From assembly GCA_013239625.1 (NCBI GenBank), contig MU054187.1:18530711-18594710 (forward strand): 64,000 nt of DNA. Reading direction: 5' to 3'. A program made the position numbers and the translations under genes. Source of the stretch: Lama guanicoe. Its lineage: Eukaryota. Below the pieces are notes generated by a model that was not told where the DNA came from, searched no databases, and saw only the letters and a program-made list of their open reading frames with translations. This document shows, one piece after another, positions 1-13,409 of the stretch; positions within the stretch are counted from its first letter, which is position 1, and each line of letters opens with the position of its first letter.

Positions 1-3000
1 ATATGAGGAATTAAAAGGCCACAAACATTCATTCAATATTATGTTTAACATAAAAGAGACAAGGGAAGGGACAACAATACAAAAATTCAATTATCAGTCC
101 TTAAAGTTTAAATTTTAACTTTAAACTACAGTTAACATCTAGGGTAGCTGTTCTACTTCAAGGGAGCTGTACAGAAAACCAGGACAGATAATACTGGCAA
201 GCAAATTAAATACTCACCTTTGCTTTCTAGTGATTAGATTTAAACATATGGTTTAAGCATTTAAACAAACAAACAAAAAACATTCCAGCTATACACAAAG
301 AGATTTGCTAAAATGTGAAACAGGTAAATCATGCACCTTCTATTTTGTCACAAAATCTCATCCTGAAGGAGCCAGTAGGTTAAGAAGAAACAACTCAAAA
401 AGGTATCTTCTATAACAATTCTGACATAGACTAGTTTAGTAATTATCAAAAAAGAAATAGTTCCATTTGAAAAGTTGGTTACAATTCTGACTTTGGACTC
501 ACAAACTCTTTTGTCAAATCACATTAAATAAACTGGTTGTTAAAAACTAGTGCCTGCAAACGTAATTCTGATGCCCAAGTATGGGACAGGCTCCATGAGC
601 ACAAAACTATGCCAGCTCTACCTTTTAAATAGAGTTTGCCAAGATGAGTGTGTTATTAGCCAGGGGCTTGGCTGAAACAATCCACTGCCCACAAAGCTAC
701 TTTAATGTACTGTCTCTATTGAGAATCACAGTAATCCAACAATACACTACGATACTTTCCCATCCCTGCAGCAATTCCCACCACAGGCAACACTTTGTCT
801 CCGACAAAGAAGCCTCAGATTCTACGTCTGCACAAACCCCAACCCTGACTAGTACTGTGTGGCTGCCAAGAGGAACATCTGTGCGCTCGACAGTACACAA
901 AACTGGCTCTTTTCTTTCTTCTTGCTTTCTTTTACTTTCTGTTTTCTTCTTTTTTATTTCCCAGACAATAAACTGTGTGACTGGTAAGGAAATGGTCTTT
1001 CATTCCCTTCCTCTTCCCTTTTACTTATTTGTTTGTTTGTTTAATGTGACAAAAAAACTACATCTGCCATTTACTGTCACTTTAAGTCCAAATCCTGAAA
1101 ACACATCACCTTAAGCCCAAATCCTGATTCCATGTGAGCCTGGACTTGAGATCATTTGAAGACTGCTGACTTTAAAGATGAAGATCCTTAAAGGTATATT
1201 AGTGAAAAGACCCTATCCAATTCTGAGAATGTTCTAGAATGTCATTTATATTTCTAGAGTGAAAAATCCAAATAAAACAGTATAAAGTAGTAATATACTC
1301 TCAAGAATAAAAAAAACTCGTAAACTATATGTTCCCAGTCGAAAGTTTACAACATAAGCTATTATTTCCATAAGAATATTACATTTTGGTGTTTTATGTC
1401 AAAGACAGACTTTTCTGTTATGTTTATCTTCACCTCAAATCAATATTTGGGCTTAAAGAAGTAGAAGAAATTAAGGTGAACCAAGAGACAAATGCACAAA
1501 GAATATGACTGGGAATTCACCAGAGAAAAATTACATATTACAGGCCTATAAACTCCTCTCTGCTCCCCCAATGAAAGAAAAAAAATGCTCAATTTCATTA
1601 ATGACCAAATAGATAGAAATTAAATCTAGATACTTTTGTTATCAGTGGTTAAAATTTTAAAACAGAGTACCCATGTTTGCAAAGGAATGGAATAGTTGGC
1701 ATTTGAAATTAGTAATACCTTTCTAGAGAGCAATTTGGCAGTATAAGTGTTATACCAATTTGCCCAGCAATTTCACTTTTAGGATTTTATCCAAAACAAG
1801 TAAGAGAGATGGGCATACAGATGTTCACTGTAGCTTTATTTAAAACGAAAACAATTTAGAAACAGATAAATATCTAATTATAGAGGTTCTGCTATATAAG
1901 TTATGCTACATCTCTTTAAGGAGTACTATACAACCAAGAAAAATAAAATTTATAGGAATATATATTAAAAATATTCACTGCATAGTTAAGTGAAAATAGC
2001 AGTTATATATAAAATATTATATATAACAGCAAACCACCTTTTAAAAAAGTATGCTTGCTTAGGAAAAATAAAAAATGTTACAATGGTATTCTCTCATGGT
2101 GGTATGATAATAAATATTTCTATTTTATAATAAACATGCCCTTAGTTTTAGAACCAGGAAAAAGTCCCTGACTATTTCCTTAGAATTGATGGCAATATTT
2201 ACTTTATTATCATGAAAGAAATAGAGGGGTAATTCATTTCTTCTCAAAGATACATCAACATTTTCCTGGGCTTTCAAAAACTGTTCCATTGAACATCATG
2301 TAAAATTTCACATGAAAGCTGTAGCAAGAGACAAACAGAAAAAGGGAATCTACGATAATTCAAGGCTGGAAACAGAAAAATCTCTCAGACTTATCACTTT
2401 AAGTAGTGGTTGGCAATCACAAAATTATAGCTCAAAAAGTTTAATGAAGATAGAGCTGACTATAAACTGATTTCATAGCCTGAAAGTCCAGTCCATATGA
2501 AATGTATCTCTAATTTTTAGTACTCTGAAACAATGAAGCAATATAAACAACAAATGATAATTTACAAAAGTGTGTGTGTCTGTAATTAGTAGTAGAAATG
2601 GAATAAACAGAAAATAATGAAGACTTTTCTTCTCTAAATCAAAGACAATACAGAGTGCATTTTTACCTGTCTTACCTTATACTACAAAACTAGATTCTTC
2701 TGGAAATTACTTTCCAGTTTTATTCTAAAAAGATAAAAAGAATTCTCTACTACTTTACATCTACTATGTTTACTCTCCTCTGACATCGTGCATAGGAGCC
2801 AGGAAGCTATGAACAGAAGGTCTGTGAGCTCTGAAAGCAGGCAGTGTGGGCTTCATCCCTTGAGTTATATCACTCTTTCTCCAGGACGCATTCTGTAAAC
2901 TAGTTTTAAATCATGTAACTTGTCTGTGATTCTGTTACAGTGACCAAGACACAGGTGGAGGCTGTGCCAGAGAAACACAGGTGCATGTGCAGAACACTGG

Positions 3001-3024
3001 ACTTTTTAAAAAATGGAGTTCAAT

Positions 3025-3220
3025 TAACTCTTACTATTTGGCACACATTGTGCTTTGCACTTCACACGTTATTTCATTTATTCTCACATAAACAACTCTG
3101 AGGTAGATGTTACTATCATCTTCCAAGCGAAAAAAAACTTGCCCGAAGTCACAGCGAGTAAATAGTAGAGCTGGGCTTCAGACCCTGATCTCTGATCCCA
3201 GTCTGTGCTCTTTTTACTAT
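3025..3220 (-). mobile_element. MIR SINE
   Basis: Antisense MIR core (caactctgaggtagat...ttactatc; cttgcccgaagtcacagcgagtaaatagtagagctggg). Confidence 0.7.
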
Positions 3221-5831
3221 GTTGTTGGGTCAAGAGAAGTAAACTGACTGAACGCTAAAACTGTGGGACACGTTATGGCTGAAGTTTTAGCAGCGACACC
3301 ATCAGATCAAAAATACCTTGCTTGTTGCCAGTGATTAGCCCCCCTCTCCTCAAGACACTGGCAAAGTCTACTTGTTAACACAAGTTAGATCCAAACCATG
3401 TGTTTGAAATAAGACAAGTTACAGATTACTGGACTTTTTTTTTTTTTTTTTTTTTTGCAAATCTGTCCAAAAGGCCCGTTAGACTGTCAAGTCATGATTT
3501 CTGGAGAAGTTGAAAAGTTCAGTGATATGAATGGGTTTTCTGTTGAGGGAACTTTGATTTGATCACATAAATAAATGAAAAAGAAACAAAATTTATCTTT
3601 ATATACATCACAAATATTGAGTAAGTGAAACTGAACATTTGACATAAAATCTATGAGTGAGGATTCTCTGGCTGAGCTGGCTGCCTGTGGGGAGGGAGGA
3701 GTGCAGCGGGACGTCCATGGGGACCGCTGGCTGACTGCACTTCCATTTTCTATCCACACGCACCAGCAATCACAGTGTCAGAGATACTTATTGAAAGATC
3801 AGGGCAGTTTCTTTGCAAATTCCTTAGGACTGAATTCAGTTACCCGATTTCATGAATGATTTTCACCTTTCCCTTCAGAATGATTTTGCTCACACTGAAG
3901 AAAAAAAAAAGACTTCTGTGGTCACACCACATTCTTATACATTTGAAAGCGGGTCAACACTCCTTTGACAAAGTCATTGCTTGCTGAGGGGCATGCTGAT
4001 TCCTAAAGTCTCATCGTGATGCAGTCATGCAACCAAACATTTTCTGTGTCATCAATTGGCCCATTATTATTTTTTTTAATACTTTGCCTTCATGGTGATT
4101 TTAAAGCAGAAAATATATACCTAGTCAGAGCTGCCTATAATATACATAATTTCTTGCCTTTTTTAGGTCACTGAGAATACAACTGTATTTTAAAATTTAT
4201 TGCACAAGCAATGTTGTAAGATGAAATAAAACAAACAAAAAAACCCCCAGCCTGGTCTGTCATCATTAAGATGACTTGGTCCTTATCCTGGTACTGGTCT
4301 CAATTTCTCACATGGTTTTTTAGAAGTAAACCACTTCTGATCTCCTCTTAGCTGAGAAAACCAAAAAATCCTATTAAGAAATATATGTTAGTGAGGGATG
4401 ATGAAGCTCTTTATGAGGACTGGAAGCAAAAAAACATTCAGTTTTTGTAAGTGCTTGGGCCTCTTCCCCAGAAATTCTGATTCTTTACATTTGGGGTGAA
4501 ATTAAGGGATTACACATTGAGCAGAAAAGTTTAGTAAGAAGATACCAGGTTTTAATACAGAGGATTTGTGGCCACTGTGTTTAGAATTCCACATTATTTT
4601 CAGGTTCTCTGTTCTGTTGCGAAGGGCTGTCATTATAGGAGTCTTATTCTAGACAAATGATTTTTAAACTTTCTCTTACAAATTTTGCTTCTGACATCAG
4701 TCTTGCAGAATGGGGTATATACTATAAATTTGGAAAGAGCAATAGGCAAGTGACTAAGAAGCCCTATCTTTATGTTACAACAAAAGAAACTATACAGCAG
4801 AATCTCTCTTTTTTTTTTTTCTTTTTCCATCATCTCCAAAGGTGGTGTGTAGCTTTCCCACAGTATCAGATTGCTGGTCTAGGTACACACACAACCTAGG
4901 TGATAATTCACTTAGATTTAAACTACTTTTTTCAAAGCCAACTTTTCCAAACAATGCATCATCTACATTTTAAATGGTAGGTGAAATTCTACCACCACTC
5001 TCAAAAACAGGGACAAGGAGGTGCATTGTGCTGGACAAAAGAAATGGAGAAACGTATTGACGGCAGAAGCAATCTATAGTACCCTTGGGGTAGAAAGAAT
5101 TGTTGAAAGTTTTCTCACACATGAAAAAGCAATGAAGCATATAACATTGATTATATTTCATTATTTTTTGGAACTAGGTATTGAAATACATGAAAATAAA
5201 CCATCATTTGTGAATAGATATAATCCCTTTCTCCTTACTAATAGGTAAGTCAGTGATATAATGCTGTGTATGCTTAAATATAAAATTAAAATGTTAAGCC
5301 AGATTAGTAGGACACTAGAAAAATATGTGTCTTTAGAAAAAGTGAGATATATAATCTTTGGTTGTCATTTTATGATTTAATCATTTGGGAAAACATAATA
5401 AAATTCTCAACTATCCCAGCCCTTCCTCGACTCTAAATGTGGTAGTATAGTATCTTGATCCATTGCTCCCACTGTTCTTTTAGCCCAGATCACCAACTAA
5501 AGAAAGATGCTCCAAACAGCGTACATATGTAACCATTATTCTCTATTCTTCTCTGCATATAACATATTGCGTTACTGCAGTCTTAAAGCCAGAGATCTTC
5601 AATGCTCACTTCCCCACATTAAGCCATTATTGATTAAGATATCTGCAGAACAAAACAAACTAAATATAATATAAAATTTACATCCTGAGGCTCTCTGAGA
5701 AGTGTCAAACCTCCTGCCCCCTAGTCCTAAATCAACAGGCTGCATATAGCCCTCCTAACTCAACAGGAGCTCAAAATACAGCTCTTCCAAGATTTTCAGC
5801 TCAATTTTTTTTTTAAAGTCATATTGGCTAG

Positions 5832-7220
5832 AATGGAGGAATAACTCTCCCAGACTTCAAGACAATACTATAGAGCTACAGTAATCAAGACAGCATGGTA
5901 TTGGTACAAAAACAGACATATGGATCAATGGAACGGAATAGAGAGCCCAGAAATGAACCCACAAACTTTTGGTCAACTAATCTTCAACAAAGGAGGCAAG
6001 AGTATACAATGGAATAAAGACAGTCTCTTCAGCAAATGGTGTTGAGAAAACTGAACAGTGGCATGTAAATCAATGAAGCTAGAACACTCCCTTACACCAT
6101 ACACAAAAATAAACTCAAAATGGATCAAAGACTTAAACATAAGACAAGATACAATAAACCTCCTAGAAGAAAATATAGGCAAAACATTATCTGACATACA
6201 TCTCAAAAATGTTCTCCTAGGGCAGTCCACCCAAGCAATAGAAATAAAAGCAACAATAAACAAATGGGACCTAATTAAACTTACAAGCCTTCTGCACAGC
6301 AAAGGAAACCATAAGTAAAACAAAAAGACAACCTACAGAATGGGAGAAAATTTTTGCAAACACACACGAAAAAATGCTCAATATCACTAATTATCAGAGA
6401 AATGCAAATCAAAACTACGATGAGATTATCACCTCACACCAGTCAGAATGGCCATCATTCAAAAGTCCACAAATAACAAATGCTGGAGAGGCTGTGGAGA
6501 AAAGGGAACCCTCCTACACTACTGGTGGGAATGCAGTTTGGTGCAGCCGCTGTGGAAAACAGTATGGAGATTCCTCAAAAGACTAGGAATAGACTTACCA
6601 TATGACCCAGGAATCCTACTCCTGGGCATATATTCAGAAGGAACCCTACTTCAAAAAGACACCTGCACCCCATAGCAGCACTATTTACAATAGCCAAGAC
6701 ATAGAAACAGCCTAAATGTTCATCAACAGATGACTGGATAAAGAAGATGTGGTATATTTATACAATGGAATACTATTCAGCCATAAAAATGACAACACCA
6801 CTTGCAGCAACATGGATGTCCCTGGAGAGTATCATTCTAAGTGAAGTAAGCCAGGAAGAGAAGGAAAAATACCATATGAGATTGCTCATATGCGGAATCT
6901 TAAAAAAAAAAAACATAAATACAAAACAGAAACAGACTCATAGATATAGAATACAAACTTATAGTTGCCGAGGGGGAGGGGGTGGGAAGGGACAGACTGG
7001 GATTTCAGAACCTGTAGATACTGACAGGCATATGCAGAATAGATAAACAAGATTATACTGTATAGCACAGGGAAATATATACAAGATCTTGTGGTAGCTC
7101 ACAGTAAAAAAAAATGACAATGAATATATGTATGTTCATGTATAACTGAAAAATTGTGCTCTACACTGGAATTTGACACAACATTGTAAAAACTATAACT
7201 CAATAAAAAATGTTTAAAAA
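5832..7220 (+). mobile_element. 5'-truncated lineage-specific L1 (ORF2 C-terminus, 3' UTR, A-tail)
   Basis: ORF2 fragments ([33 protein letters not shown]). AATAAA and A-tail at ~7202-7220. TSD aaagtcatattgg(c/t)tag at 5815-5831 and 7221-7237. TTTT/AAAG endonuclease-type site. Confidence 0.95.
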
Positions 7221-9091
7221 AAAGTCATATTGGTTAGCATGAACTAATGAGCTGGAAATGAACTTGAGAAGTTTGGTTTAAATGCTGAAAAGTTAGTAAG
7301 TTCACTGTTACTTGCAAAAAATGAAAGAGAAAACTATTTCAACAATTTACTCAGATCTAAAGAAGATCTATATCTTCTTCTGCATCTTCTATCATAAGAA
7401 TTTATAACTTGAATATTGTACAGTAAGGGAGAAAGGGGTTAAGATGACAAATGTTTTTCATGTTCACGCTTATGCTCATTATTTTGACCCTTGCTATGGA
7501 AGAAAGTAAAGCGTAGTATGTACATTAAACTTATTTTAAAATAAGTTTATTTAAATAAACTTATTTATTTAATGTGGGCAGGGTAATTTGTTGAAGAGGT
7601 TAGTAATAAGCTACATCAGAAAAAGCACCTGGAGGTCTGAGACTCAACTTAGACCCACTAGTGCACAGAGTTTCTCACTGAGGTGACAAGATGCCTGAGC
7701 ACTTAAAAATTACAGAGTGAAAATGAGCATATTTCTGACTTGCTTGAGGAGGTTCGGGGACTGCATTTTAATCCTGTAGGAAAGTGGTTAAGAGCAGTGA
7801 CAGGGACTGCACTGCCTATTCCTGGCCTGGCCAGGCTGATTCAAGGAAGCTATAGATTTGGAAGACGGGTGAAAATAGTCACAATTTCAAGAGAGTCACA
7901 AATTGTCACTACTGTGAACTATGCCTTACAGCTATCTCAGCATGGCTCAGTTTCAAGAACTTACTCTGCTCAAAGTGAACACATGACATCTCTGGGATTT
8001 TGAAGATGAGCCTCAAAATCCCAGATCTGCCCCCAAATTTCTGGCTAAATAACCTATTCCAGGCAATGTTTGTATCCATCTGGTTCTGTGACACTAGTTT
8101 CTTTCATGAAATTTCTGTAAACAAAGCTGAGAGGACCAGTACCAGAAGCCTGGAGTCAGAATTGTTAGGGGTCAATGTGAATTTACCCAACAGTTCTCAA
8201 GAATACCAGCATGTTCACTGACTTCATCACAGCTCATCTCTGGGCAACACTACACCACTATCTGTGTACTTCAATCACCTAGAGTTTTGAGATTGCTTTA
8301 CAAAATACTTAAAAAATTAATAAATATTTTTTTAAATGTCTAACAAGTTGTTATAATTATAGTTAATATAAGATAAAACCCCATGTGCTGTCTACAAATA
8401 AAAGGAATTTTGAATATGTAGCCTACTTTTGAATAAAACAAAAACTCACAGTTGAATGGCAAAAACTCAGTTGTCCTAAGTAACTCGGGAAGGGGAGATT
8501 CTTGGGAGCAGCAGGGGGTGGAGTCTAGCAGGAAATTCAATTAAAAGTCTTTAATATCTTTCTATTAATTATCTATATTTTTAGGAGGAATCAATACCCC
8601 TATCCCACAGGCCAAGATCTAAGACTAAAAGGACCCCCACCGCACCCCACAAAAAATAGTCTTTTTCGTACTTCTGATAAATTTTGTTGTTAATACCAAG
8701 TGCTATTTCCCCAGCTGTGAAGTCAAGCTAGCAGCTGCCTTAGCAAACCATGCCAACCAGCGCTATAGCAATAAAGACAGCTGCCTTGCCTGTCCTTACA
8801 GATGAAAGAAGAGTGCTAAAGGGCTAGATTCTCTAGTACTGGCGATGGCTGTGACGGCAGCTGCTGGCCTGTCACTGCTGTAGAATGTGCTATGTGACAA
8901 CAGCTACAAGAGACCAAGGAAAGGATGAACAGAACTCATTTCTACCGATAAAACATTCTATTTCCAAATTGTCTTCTTTATGGGATATTGCATTGTTTTT
9001 GATATTTTAAATTTTAGATTCCTCAGCATTCTATGCACAGAAGCAAAACCTCACTATTACATAAACAGTACGGATTCTACTTTAATTTTAA

Positions 9092-9226
9092 ATGCATTCT
9101 TTTTACACTTTTTTGGGGGGGTTATTAGGTTTTTATTTATTTATTTTAATGGAGGAACTGGGGATCGAACCCAGGACCTCACGCATGCTAGGCATGCACT
9201 CTACTGCTGAGCTATACCCTCCCCGA
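9092..9226 (-). mobile_element. tRNA-derived SINE (camelid Vic-1-like)
   Basis: Minus strand reads GGGGAGGGTATAGCTCAG...GGTTCGATCCCCAG (Pol III A and B boxes). Perfect 15-bp TSD ctactttaattttaa at 9077-9091 and 9227-9241. Confidence 0.92.
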
Positions 9227-10178
9227 CTACTTTAATTTTAATAAATTAAGCACTAAAGAATCTTAAAGATTTGTGCCCCAAAATTTAAGAGTTACAAAAC
9301 AATTGATTTCTTTCTAACATTAGCAATGTTATAAAGCTTCAAAATAATCTAAGAATCATCCCAGGGTACAGCTGGATTTGAGGGTGACACTAATTTGACG
9401 GGAAGTAACATTTGTAAGAAAACGTTTCTGTTTCATTAAAATGGCCCTCTATGGATACATTTAATATGGATTCAAAGTCTAGTTAGAATTTATAAACAGA
9501 ACTCATATTTATTTTTTTCTTTTACAAAACATTTTTACTTTAATAAAAAATATTGTATACCATATTTGATCATGATGTCTGCAATTTACTTTGAAATATT
9601 TAAAATACATTTACATACATTTCAGAGGATGGTCAATTGAAGTCATAATAAAAATCCATATTCTTAAGGTAGCTACTATAAGTGCCTCTCCTATCTGTAT
9701 TTCAGTGGACAACTGACCTTTTGCTAATCACCATACTCAATGTCAGAAAAGGTTTCACTGGTGAATACACTGGCCTATAACTAGCATGACGAATATTAAA
9801 AATGGTGCCCCACTTGTGAAATAAAGAGCATTTAAGAAATATGGGCTGGCTAAATAGCATTTTAACAATTGGTCCTATCCTTTCATGAATAAAGCCTAGG
9901 AACCAACTGGGCATGGATGCTTCTCCCTTATGGATGAGGCCTTACTTTAAGTTAAACACTCCTCTATCAGACTGAAATGCGGATGTTTCTGTTGCCTGTT
10001 GATGGTAACAAAATTCCCCTTTAAGTGACCCCTTTTCTGCAAGGTGTCGGTCAGAGCCTCTCTGAGGACTGAGAACAGGGGCTTCCTCCTGTTCCAAGAA
10101 CCGCCTTGTGCCTATGTGTTAATATTTAGTTAACAAATCTCTACGTGTGTCTTTATGTGCAGCAGAATCAGGTCTGAG

Positions 10179-10311
10179 GGAGGAAGGGTACAGCTCAGTG
10201 GTAGAGTGTGTGTCTAGCTTGCACAATCCCTGAGTTCAATCCCTAGCAACTCCATCAAAATAAATAAAAACCTAATTATCTTCCCTCCAAAAAATTAAAT
10301 TAAAAAAAAAA
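10179..10311 (+). mobile_element. tRNA-derived SINE (Vic-1-like)
   Basis: A box (cagctcagtgg), B box (gagttcaatcc) and A-tail. Perfect 15-bp TSD agaatcaggtctgag at 10164-10178 and 10312-10326. Confidence 0.92.
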
Positions 10312-11789
10312 AGAATCAGGTCTGAGATTTGCTTTCATTAAAACTTGATAATGAGGTTATAAAAAGTAGTTAGTCCCTACCTACTTCAAATTTCTTTGGA
10401 GGTTACCATTATCTACAAAAGGAACCCAAGAACAGGGCATGACCACATTGGCTTAGGTCAATGTGGAACAAGTAGTAAGATATGTATAAAGATATGAATA
10501 ATCCTGTTTAAAGCTACAATCTTATCAAATACAAAATTTCAAGTCAACGAACTATTACCATCAAGGGGCGTTGGTCTCCATAGGAATATATAATTTTTAT
10601 AAAACTAAGTTTCAACAAAGCCTGTATGTGATTTTGGAAAGTCCTAGCATCCTGGTCACATGGATAGCCATCCAGAGATCTGTTACAGTGTTAGAGAAAA
10701 ATATACATATATAACTATATGGAGAGAACAGCTAAAAGGGATGTTGGAAAGAAGCCTAACCAAAAGGCAGTGTGTTTATAAATATAAACTTACTGTTCTA
10801 AGATCCCTGGGCAAGAGAACTGAGAAGAATATATGACCCTAAAACAAACCTAAGTATACACAGGGAATTTAGTATATAATAGCATATAATATTTTAATCT
10901 TGTAGGAAAAAGGAAAGGCCATTCAATAAATTGTACTGGGAAAACTGGCTTTACATCTGGAAAAAAGAAATTATGTAGGTCTCCATATCAAACCATACAT
11001 AAAAATAAGCTGTATAATGGGTACAGGGTTTCATGTCAAGGATTCGACTCAGTGCACATGTGCAGCTTCAGAGCCTTCCTTCAGTGTTTAGCTGAATAAA
11101 TGTAAAACCTCATTAATTGTTAATATAATGAATGACTTCAAATCTTTCCAAACTATATAGGAAGAAACTATACAGTCTAAAAAGATGTGAGAGTATCAAA
11201 GAAAAAATAAGTCCATAAAAGTAATGCTGTGCAAATCAGAAGAAAAATAGCTGACATTCACTGAGCACTTAACATGTGCCAAGTACAATATTCTTAAGAA
11301 GTCGATATTCTTAACATCAACTCATTAGTCCTTAAAACAACACTATTAAGGTACATGTTGCAAAGCCCCATGTTACAATGAGAGTGAAAAAGACTGGTGA
11401 GAAATCTTCTTAAAACTACTAAATCTAATTTGTGTTAGGGATCAATCCAAAAAGGTCTAAGACAATTTCAAGAACAAACTTTGCTTAGCCAAGGTTCTTA
11501 AATGGAAATCTATAACCCCCTTTTGACTCCAATGCTCCATTTTAAATACCAATTCCATTGCTTACTATTTTCTGAATATTTCATGAACCCATTCTTTCCT
11601 TTATATCTCCAGTACCACTGTGCAAAGTTAAATCGCACCTTGACTATGGCAATAATCTGTTACCTCTCTTCTAAGCTCATTGCACCCTTCCCTCCACCTG
11701 AAAATCATCAACTATGTGTTACTTGAATAACCTATTTAAAACGCTTATCAAGTGGGACCTAACTGCATTACATTCCCTTACTTCTCAGG

Positions 11790-12010
11790 CTTGTTTTGAG
11801 GACCTAATCTACTTAAAGCAGGTAGCAGAGTGCTTGGCATATTGCAGAAATGCAAGAAATGTTAGTAATGCCCTTGAAAAGCAAGATTTATTAACCCCGT
11901 TTTACAGAGGAGCTGTGCAGTCTCAGAGAAGTTAAATAATTTAACCAAAATAACTTGGTGAGTGGCAGAACCAGGCTTGAACCCAGCTTTGTCTGGCTCC
12001 AAAACCTATA
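11790..12010. mobile_element. Tail-to-tail MIR fragments
   Basis: A sense MIR 3' part (ttgttttgagga...aaatgttag) is followed by an antisense MIR (ccccgttttacagagg...gtggcagaaccaggcttgaaccc). Another MIR lies at ~11245-11400. Confidence 0.6.
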
Positions 12011-12999
12011 TACTTCTATTATAACAACACTGCTTCGTAAATACTTTTTCCCGAATTAAAACTCCAAATATAAATTTCACTGTAATGAAAGTTAAGGAGG
12101 TAATTACATTTTTTAAAAATATTACATTTCTTTTCAAAGTTAGCAACACAAGAATCTTTTTTATAATAAGCTCTGAAAGGTAAACTTTTAAAACACACAC
12201 TTCCGTATCTCTGATGTATAGACCTACAAACCAAAGAATGCTTTTCACTATGAACTGTCAGCTTTACTATAAAAATCCACTGCAGTCGCTTACTCAAGTA
12301 GTATAGTGATCCTAGGCACTAGGCGGAAAACCCCAACAACACTTAGAAAACCCCACGTTAGTCATGTTTTGGTACACTACCCTGTGGCATTCTTGGACTA
12401 TTCTCTTATTATGAGTTTGCTCGAAGTGAAGAAACAGAAGTCAGAACATACGCTCTTTCCTACTAATTAAAGTATGAACAATCCTCCTAGCTAAAAGAGT
12501 CTTACTTTTTAAACTGAAATCCAATTTAATATTCACTCTGGGGTTCAAAATCTTACAGAAAGAGAACCAATTTGCCAAAATTATAGCTAGCCTTTAAAAA
12601 TATCACCCACTGCATATTAAAATGCATCTTCTCTGTTCAAGATAGCCTACCTGGGGGAAACAAGTCCCTAGAAGGTAGCACACCATGATATTTCCAGTGT
12701 CACTTGCAAGTGGTAGGATTCATTTTCTTCTTCCTTTGTTCTTGTATAATTTCTAAATTTTCCGGTTACTTTTACAGTAAAGAAAAAAATTCATCAGCAA
12801 GTCACTAATTATAGATCTACAGGATTACTTTCCAATTAAAATGACAAGCTTTTTTTTAGAAGGCATCAATTCAATTTAAAATTTCAGAATGTTTCCACAG
12901 TATTAAAAAATCAGCTTAAGTAAATAGACAAAAAAGAAAAGCCTATAACTTGGCACACTTGTGCTTTAATGACAAGAAATGCCAATGTAGCCAATGTAT

Positions 13000-13310
13000 T
13001 TAGAAAACAGAAATAAAAAAAAACATAAAAATTGGAATGGGGAGGTACATTTTTCATTGTTCACAGTGGTGGTTTTGCCTTTGGCAAATCCAAAATAATT
13101 AGAGAAATAAGTATTACAAACAATACATTTAGTAAAATCACTAGAAGTAAAATTAACATACAAAAATCAAGTTGTCTTCATATACGCAGACAAAAATTAG
13201 TATGAAGATACAGACTAAAAGACACTACTAGCAATAAGAACAACAACCAAAAAGATAAAATACCTAGGAATAAACATAAAACGTGTGCAAGATCTCCATG
13301 AAAACCAACC
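13000..13310 (+). mobile_element. Ancient L1 ORF2 fragment
   Basis: Motifs aacatacaaaaatcaagt and aaaatacctaggaataaa...gtgcaagatct. Confidence 0.6.
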
Positions 13311-13409
13311 AACAAACCCTTCTGACCCTGGTCTCCTCTTATGTCACTATCATACAATGTTGAATACTGTAACTTAACAATAAACAGTAAAATCAGGTAA
13401 GAAGCAATC

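Noticed and set aside
211..220. Perfect minus-strand donors (AAG|GTGAGT here; CAG|GTGAGT near 14810) as cryptic MRPS28 exons
   Set aside because: No convincing paired acceptor or recognisable coding content. Such motifs arise by chance in a 50-kb intron.
644..1114. 156-aa ORF
   Set aside because: No recognisable domain, low-complexity F/L/S-rich stretch from pyrimidine tracts, and no supporting exon structure.
9150..9226. tRNA gene (also at 10179 and 18038)
   Set aside because: A/B boxes are followed by SINE tails and flanked by TSDs, so these are tRNA-derived SINEs.
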